A stretch of DNA of 64,000 nt from an uncultured delta proteobacterium. GTDB taxonomy: Bacteria; Desulfobacterota; BSN033; UBA1163. This document shows, in pieces, positions 59,069 through 64,000 of this stretch. The notes beneath the pieces were generated by a model. The model was not told the origin of the DNA and made no database searches. It worked only from the letters and a program-made list of their open reading frames with translations. The stretch is from the NCBI GenBank assembly GCA_963708295.1, contig CAVPSJ010000001.1, positions 1 through 64,000 on the forward strand. Direction: 5' to 3'. Made by a program: the position numbers and the translations under genes. Each line of letters begins with the position of its first letter. Positions within the stretch are counted from its first letter, which is position 1.

Positions 59069-59725
59069 ATGCTCAAAATCATTTCATTCGATATGGACGG
59101 AACCCTGGTTGACGCAGAATTCACGGACTGGGTCTGGGGGCATGGCATTCCGGCACTTTATGCCAAGAAAGTAGGGGTCACCTTCGAGGAAGCGAAAACT
59201 TTTGTCACAGACGAATACCGTAAAGTCGGCGAGGGGGCGATTGAATGGTACGATATCAAATATTGGTTTCGATTTTTCGGACTGGAGGAGAGTTGGAGAG
59301 GGGTCATGGAACAATATACGGATAAGATCAAGGTTTATCCGGATGTCCATCAGATATTGGACCGTTTGAGAGGCAGGTTCCCGTTGGTTCTCACCTCTAA
59401 TGCAGGGAGAGAGTTTATTGACATTGAGATGAAAGCAACGGGCCTCGGGAGATACTTCAACCGGATTTTTTCAGCGACTTCTGATTTCGGTCAGGTGAAG
59501 AAAACAGCGGACTTTTACCAACGGATTTGTCGGGCCCTCGAAACCAAACCTCAGGAAATGGTCCATGTGGGTGACCATTATGACTTTGACTATCTCGTTC
59601 CCCGCTCGCTGGGGATCCATGCCTTTTACCTAAATCGACTGGGCGAACAAAACGCTGCCTCTATCATCTCAGATCTGAGAGATCTGGAAGAGAGACTTCC
59701 TACTGCTTCGGATTTCAGACGTTAA
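59069..59725 (+). CDS. HAD-superfamily hydrolase
   Basis: FDMDGTL, TSN, K, HVGD..FD. Confidence 0.9.
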   Translation: MLKIISFDMDGTLVDAEFTDWVWGHGIPALYAKKVGVTFEEAKTFVTDEYRKVGEGAIEWYDIKYWFRFFGLEESWRGVMEQYTDKIKVYPDVHQILDRLRGRFPLVLTSNAGREFIDIEMKATGLGRYFNRIFSATSDFGQVKKTADFYQRICRALETKPQEMVHVGDHYDFDYLVPRSLGIHAFYLNRLGEQNAASIISDLRDLEERLPTASDFRR

Positions 59726-59894
59726 ATTGAAGGATCCCTACCTGGCCCGGTCTCCATCGCGACCGGGGAAATCTGGAGCTTGAAATTGCAGACCTCGAAG
59801 GGGTGATCGCTGATCGGGGAACGAGCAAGATTGAAAGAATTCTTCCCATTATGCTATGATACTAAAGGGTTATGGGAAGGGTGGGAGGAAAGAA

Positions 59895-61295
59895 GTGGCT
59901 GTCCCGAGGATACTGGTCGTCGATGATGAAGTGATCGTTTGCGAGAGTTGCAAGCGTATTCTGGAAGAAGAGGGCTACGATGTGGAAACTGCCCTGAGCG
60001 GGAAAGAAGCCTTTGAAAAGATGAAAGACAACCCGTTTGACATCGTCATCACCGACCTTAAGATGCCGGGAATTGACGGCATGGAGGTCCTGAAGACATT
60101 CCGTAAGGATTATCCCGATTCAATCATCATTATGATCACCGGCTTCTCCACGGTCGAAACCGCGGTCGAGGCCATGAAATTAGGAGCCTTCGACTACATC
60201 CCCAAGCCCTTTACGCCTGATGAAGTCGCCATCGTGGTGAACAAGGCGATTGAGAAGAAGAATCTGATGTTAGAAAATATCTACCTGCGCCAGGAGTTGC
60301 AGGAAAAGTACGGGTTCCATAATATCGTGGGGAAGAGTAAGAAGATGCAGGAGATCTACCGGGTCATTGCCAAAGTGGCTGTCACCGATAGCACGGTCTT
60401 AATCTATGGGCAGAGCGGGACAGGAAAAGAACTTATTGCCCGGGCCATTCATTTCAACAGTCCGAGGAGAGAGAAACAATTTGTGCCGGTGGACTGTGCG
60501 GTTCTTTCAGAGAATCTTTTGGAGAGTGAATTGTTCGGCCATGTCCGGGGTTCTTTCACCGGGGCCGTCACGACCAAACCGGGGCTTTTTGAAGTGGCTG
60601 ACGGAGGAACGGTTTTCCTCGACGAAGTTGGGAATATCAGTCTTTCTATTCAGGCGAAACTCCTGAGGGTCTTGCAAGAGAGAGAATTTACCCCCGTGGG
60701 AGGAACCAAGGCCAAAAAGGTGGACATCCGGCTGATTGCTGCCACCAACAAGGATCTCGAAAAGATGATCAAAGAAGAGGTCTTCAGGGAAGATCTCTAT
60801 TACCGGCTGAATATTGTTCCCATCTCTCTCCCGACTTTGAAAGAACGTCAGGAGGATATTCCACTCCTGGCTGTTCATTTTCTCAAGAAATATGCCGATG
60901 AGATGGGAAAGACGATCAAAGGATTTACTCCCGAAGCCATGGAAAAGTTGACGAGGTATCCCTGGCCGGGGAACATTCGGGAACTGGAGAACGTCATCGA
61001 GCGGACAGTCGTGATGATCGATGATGAAATGGTGGGAGTGGTGCATCTCGTTCTGCCGGGGCAAGCGGAGAAAGAAATTTTGGAAAATCAAATCCCCACG
61101 ACAAGCGAAGAGCTAAAAGAGATTAAGAAACAGATGAGGGAAAAGGCGGTTGAAGAGATTGAAAAGGCATTCGTCCTGAATGCTTTGGAGCGGCATCAAT
61201 GGAATGTTACCCGGGCGGCTGAAGAGGTGGGAATGCTTCGACCAAACTTTCAGGCGCTGATGAGAAAGTACAACCTCCGAGCTCGGGGAGAATGA
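59895..61295 (+). CDS. Sigma-54-dependent response regulator
   Basis: ILVVDDE, TDLKMP, GQSGTGKE, GSFTGA, WPGNIREL, HTH; RBS GGAGG before GTG 59895. Confidence 0.93.
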   Translation: MAVPRILVVDDEVIVCESCKRILEEEGYDVETALSGKEAFEKMKDNPFDIVITDLKMPGIDGMEVLKTFRKDYPDSIIIMITGFSTVETAVEAMKLGAFDYIPKPFTPDEVAIVVNKAIEKKNLMLENIYLRQELQEKYGFHNIVGKSKKMQEIYRVIAKVAVTDSTVLIYGQSGTGKELIARAIHFNSPRREKQFVPVDCAVLSENLLESELFGHVRGSFTGAVTTKPGLFEVADGGTVFLDEVGNISLSIQAKLLRVLQEREFTPVGGTKAKKVDIRLIAATNKDLEKMIKEEVFREDLYYRLNIVPISLPTLKERQEDIPLLAVHFLKKYADEMGKTIKGFTPEAMEKLTRYPWPGNIRELENVIERTVVMIDDEMVGVVHLVLPGQAEKEILENQIPTTSEELKEIKKQMREKAVEEIEKAFVLNALERHQWNVTRAAEEVGMLRPNFQALMRKYNLRARGE

Positions 61296-61302
61296 AGAAT
61301 CG

Positions 61303-61456
61303 TCAATGGGCAATGACCAATGACCAATGATCGATGAGGAATCGTTTGCGGATAAGGGCTGAAACGGATTCGATTTATGAAATCATCGACGATCGCCGAA
61401 TGGGTAGTTTACAAATCGATTCTTGCCGATTGAACATTGATCATTGAGAATTGGAG
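61303..61456. repeat. Heptamer inverted element (CAATGAC/CATTGA)
   Basis: CAATGGGCAATGACCAATGACCAATGATCGATGA...ATTGAACATTGATCATTGAGAATTG. Confidence 0.65.
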
Positions 61457-61671
61457 TTTTTGCCTTGTCAGATTTTTTTAAATGGCTCATTGTTGGCTGG
61501 TCAATCGTCTTAGTCGGGATTGCCGGACTCGGATTGATCCTCATCGTCAAATATGGGGAAGTGAAAAAGATTGAAACAGACGACGTAAGTCTTTGTTTCA
61601 TCATCGCCTTTTTCTGTTGGTTAATCCCAATCATTGCCTTCACCATCCTAGCCCGGACCTTAGGATTTTAA
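61444..61671 (+). CDS. Small two-TM membrane protein (start uncertain)
   Basis: Two hydrophobic helices. Confidence 0.55.
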   Translation: MRIGVFALSDFFKWLIVGWSIVLVGIAGLGLILIVKYGEVKKIETDDVSLCFIIAFFCWLIPIIAFTILARTLGF

Positions 61672-61878
61672 TTATTTTAGACCGCATATTATTTCTATTT
61701 TCAATCAAAAACAAATTAATTCAGGTAGTTATAAGGCTTATCTATCGTTTTGTATCCTAAATCGTATATTATAATTATACATTTAAGCCTTCGTGTCAAA
61801 TCATCTTATTTTTAAAAAAGTAAATAAATTCAAATGATTAGGTGAGGGTTAAGTCGAACTATCTTGCCGGTTTTCTTT

Positions 61879-61894
61879 TGGCATATCAAATGCA
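61879..61894 (+). promoter_or_regulatory. Sigma-54 promoter of the cytochrome operon
   Basis: TGGCAT-ATCAA-ATGCA, with an AT-rich region upstream. Confidence 0.65.
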
Positions 61895-61932
61895 ATATCC
61901 ATAATGAAACCCAAAAGAAAGGGGGGTGCGAT

Positions 61933-62232
61933 ATGGTAAAGGGAAGAAAATCTTGGCTGGTTGGATTAATAAGCGGACTCGTTATCTTAATGGCCACGCC
62001 GGCATTTGCAAGATCTATTTCTTTCAAGGATGCAGGAGTTGCCCTTTGGGTTTTTGTCATCATAGGAACTGTAATCGTCCTTCTTCAACTGATTCCGGCA
62101 GCCATTCTTTTTTTCTCTTTTGTCGGAACTTCCTCGAATATGGTTTTCAAACGCAAGAAAGAAAGTGAGAAAGGGGCCGCCAGGGAGAATACGGTCCTCA
62201 CTGGAATTGAACCGGTACCTGTAAAGAAATAA
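61933..62232 (+). CDS. Small membrane protein (QLIPA motif)
   Basis: Signal peptide ending AFA, then LWVFVIIGTVIVLLQLIPAAILFFSFVG; RBS before ATG 61933. Confidence 0.7.
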   Translation: MVKGRKSWLVGLISGLVILMATPAFARSISFKDAGVALWVFVIIGTVIVLLQLIPAAILFFSFVGTSSNMVFKRKKESEKGAARENTVLTGIEPVPVKK

Positions 62233-62247
62233 GGGTTGGAGAAAACA

Positions 62248-62502
62248 ATGTCCGGGAAAACGAAGAAAATTATAGTGCTTTTGGCTTCCGTCCTGATCTT
62301 GGCGATTGCGCTGTTCACTTTGGGGATCAGTTATGCTGGAGGGGTCAGAGGAGTCGGCCTTATCGGAGTCTGTTTTTTCTTCACCGGGGGGGTCGTCGTG
62401 GTCCTCGCGCAATTGGTTCCCGCCGGCATCCTCATCTCCTCTTTCATTGGGAGGGCGTTTTCTTCTTTCCGAAGAGGAGAGATGCCTATTCGGGTGACAT
62501 AG
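62248..62502 (+). CDS. Small membrane protein, paralogue of the preceding gene
   Basis: VVVVLAQLVPAGILISSFIG. Confidence 0.7.
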   Translation: MSGKTKKIIVLLASVLILAIALFTLGISYAGGVRGVGLIGVCFFFTGGVVVVLAQLVPAGILISSFIGRAFSSFRRGEMPIRVT

Positions 62503-62621
62503 AATAGAAAGTAGATTCTAGTCCGAGGAGTTATTTCCTGGCTCGAAGCCGTAAGCCTCGTTTGGCCCATGGCGGATCGTTCGAGCAAGAAGAAGGAAAC
62601 CGAACGGAGAGGGAGTTTGAT

Positions 62622-63050
62622 ATGAAGTCGAAAACGATCCTCATTGTTTATCAAGATGAGCTTGAGACCAGATCGCTCTCTACGGTTTTTAACGGCATGG
62701 GGTATAAGGTGGAGACGGCGAAGATAGTCAGTGAGACGATTCGGAAGGTTCGAAAAGGCAATATTCATGTCGTTCTCCTCGACGACGAGATTGAAGGCGT
62801 GAAGGCTTGTGATCTCGTTCCGTTGTTCAAAAAGATGGACGATAAGATCCAGGTGATCGTCACCTCCTCAGAGGCCTCTCTCGGGCTGGCCAAGCGTCTT
62901 CGAGGGGCAGGGATCTTTTATCAAGCCATGAAACCGATTGACCTGGAAGAGATCAAGTCGGCCGTCGGGTGCGCTTGTGAAAAGATTGAGAGGGAGAGTT
63001 TGAAAGAAGGGTTCTTCCCTTTCCTCATTCCAGGGAGGGTTCCGGCATGA
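62622..63050 (+). CDS. Stand-alone atypical receiver-domain protein
   Basis: TILIVYQD, VVLLDD, MKP; acidic pocket degenerate. Confidence 0.75.
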   Translation: MKSKTILIVYQDELETRSLSTVFNGMGYKVETAKIVSETIRKVRKGNIHVVLLDDEIEGVKACDLVPLFKKMDDKIQVIVTSSEASLGLAKRLRGAGIFYQAMKPIDLEEIKSAVGCACEKIERESLKEGFFPFLIPGRVPA

Positions 63051-64000
63051 AATGGAGAGAAGAGGGAAGCAAGTCTTGGAGATTTTTCCCAGCGGGCCTG
63101 CCCCTCTTACTGCCCGCCTTACTGATGTTGGGATTGATTTTGGGAGGGATGGCAAGGGTTGCCTGGAGCGACAATTCCCTCTGTCTCGGTTGTCACCGGG
63201 ACGAATCGCTCAAAAAGCAAGATGCTCGGGGTAAAAGCACTTCCCTCTTTGTGGCCGAGGCGGTTTTTAAGAATTCGGCCCATGGAAAACTCTCCTGTTC
63301 GGATTGCCATACCCGGGTTAAAGATGACAAACATGCCGAGGGCGGGCAGAAGGCGGCGGACAAAAGGGTGAACTGTGCAACCTGCCACGAGAAGGCTGAG
63401 AAGGAATATCTGCAGGGTCTTCATTCCAAGATGATCATGAAGGGGACGGAAAGAGCGGCCAATTGCTATGATTGCCACGGAAACCATAACGTTCTCCCGA
63501 GTAAGAACAACAAATCCATGACTCATGTTTCCAACATCGATCGGACGTGTAACCGATGCCATTCGGATGCGGTATTTGTCAAGCAGCATGCGTTGGGAGC
63601 CCCCATTCCGGGAGAGGAGTTTAAGAGAAGCGTCCACGGCAAGACAGGAGAGGTGACCTGCACCAATTGCCACGGGAGCCATAACTTGAGATCTCTGATT
63701 GATCCCAAATCCATGATCTTCCGATCGAATATTCCCCAAACCTGCGGTTCCTGTCATCCTGAAATCACGAAACAATTTGTGGAGAGCGTGCATGGCGTAC
63801 TCGCCGCCAGAGGGAGAACCGATTCTCCCACTTGCACGACTTGCCATGGCATCCACGGGATCAAGACAAAAATAGACCCGGATTCTCCCGTGAATGAGCG
63901 AAGAATCGCTCTTACAACCTGTCCTCAATGCCATGCGGCGGAACGGATTTCGAGAAAGTTCAACCTCACCACCAGTTCCGTAAAGTCATATTATGACACT
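63047..64000 (+). CDS. Multiheme c-type cytochrome (at least 9 hemes; continues past window)
   Basis: Manual translation: signal peptide, then CLGCH, CSDCH, CATCH, CYDCH, CNRCH, CTNCH, CGSCH, CTTCH, CPQCH with intervening S.HG ligands; absent from the ORF track because it has no stop. Confidence 0.93.
   Translation, partial: MKWREEGSKSWRFFPAGLPLLLPALLMLGLILGGMARVAWSDNSLCLGCHRDESLKKQDARGKSTSLFVAEAVFKNSAHGKLSCSDCHTRVKDDKHAEGGQKAADKRVNCATCHEKAEKEYLQGLHSKMIMKGTERAANCYDCHGNHNVLPSKNNKSMTHVSNIDRTCNRCHSDAVFVKQHALGAPIPGEEFKRSVHGKTGEVTCTNCHGSHNLRSLIDPKSMIFRSNIPQTCGSCHPEITKQFVESVHGVLAARGRTDSPTCTTCHGIHGIKTKIDPDSPVNERRIALTTCPQCHAAERISRKFNLTTSSVKSYYDT

Overview
64 kb of chromosome from an anaerobic bacterium. 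The gene content (sigma-54 regulators, multiheme cytochrome, DUF362/polyferredoxin) suggests Desulfobacterota or a relative; this is an inference. No rRNA, tRNA or CRISPR array was seen. Several genes, including purD, are broken by single-base indels that look like long-read errors. The housekeeping backbone is DUF47-pit-phoU, nadE, gdhA, purH, purD, leuB, lsrF, an MrfAB-like helicase/exonuclease pair, an ABC exporter pair and lon. Highlights read from the DNA: (1) a nitrogen-control locus (11.9-21.9 kb, minus strand) with an orphan dikinase-like protein, a GAF-ANTAR antiterminator, a two-hairpin ANTAR switch overlapping a terminator in the gdhA leader, a histidine kinase carrying a ~70% identical copy of the same GAF domain, a sigma-54 activator and nadE; (2) an integron (40.8-44.3 kb) with a truncated integrase, Pc, attI, attC sites with exactly complementary cassette borders, and a group II intron stub in the last attC, plus a possible stray MazEF cassette at 11 kb; (3) heptamer-repeat intergenic elements carrying a 22-nt hairpin micro-insertion that shows filled and empty sites and covarying stems; (4) back-to-back sigma-54 promoters driving two unannotated small paralogues and an HTH protein; (5) an ECF sigma factor whose promoter motif recurs before a neighbouring gene; (6) a sigma-54 operon ending in a cytochrome c with at least 9 hemes that the ORF track misses.
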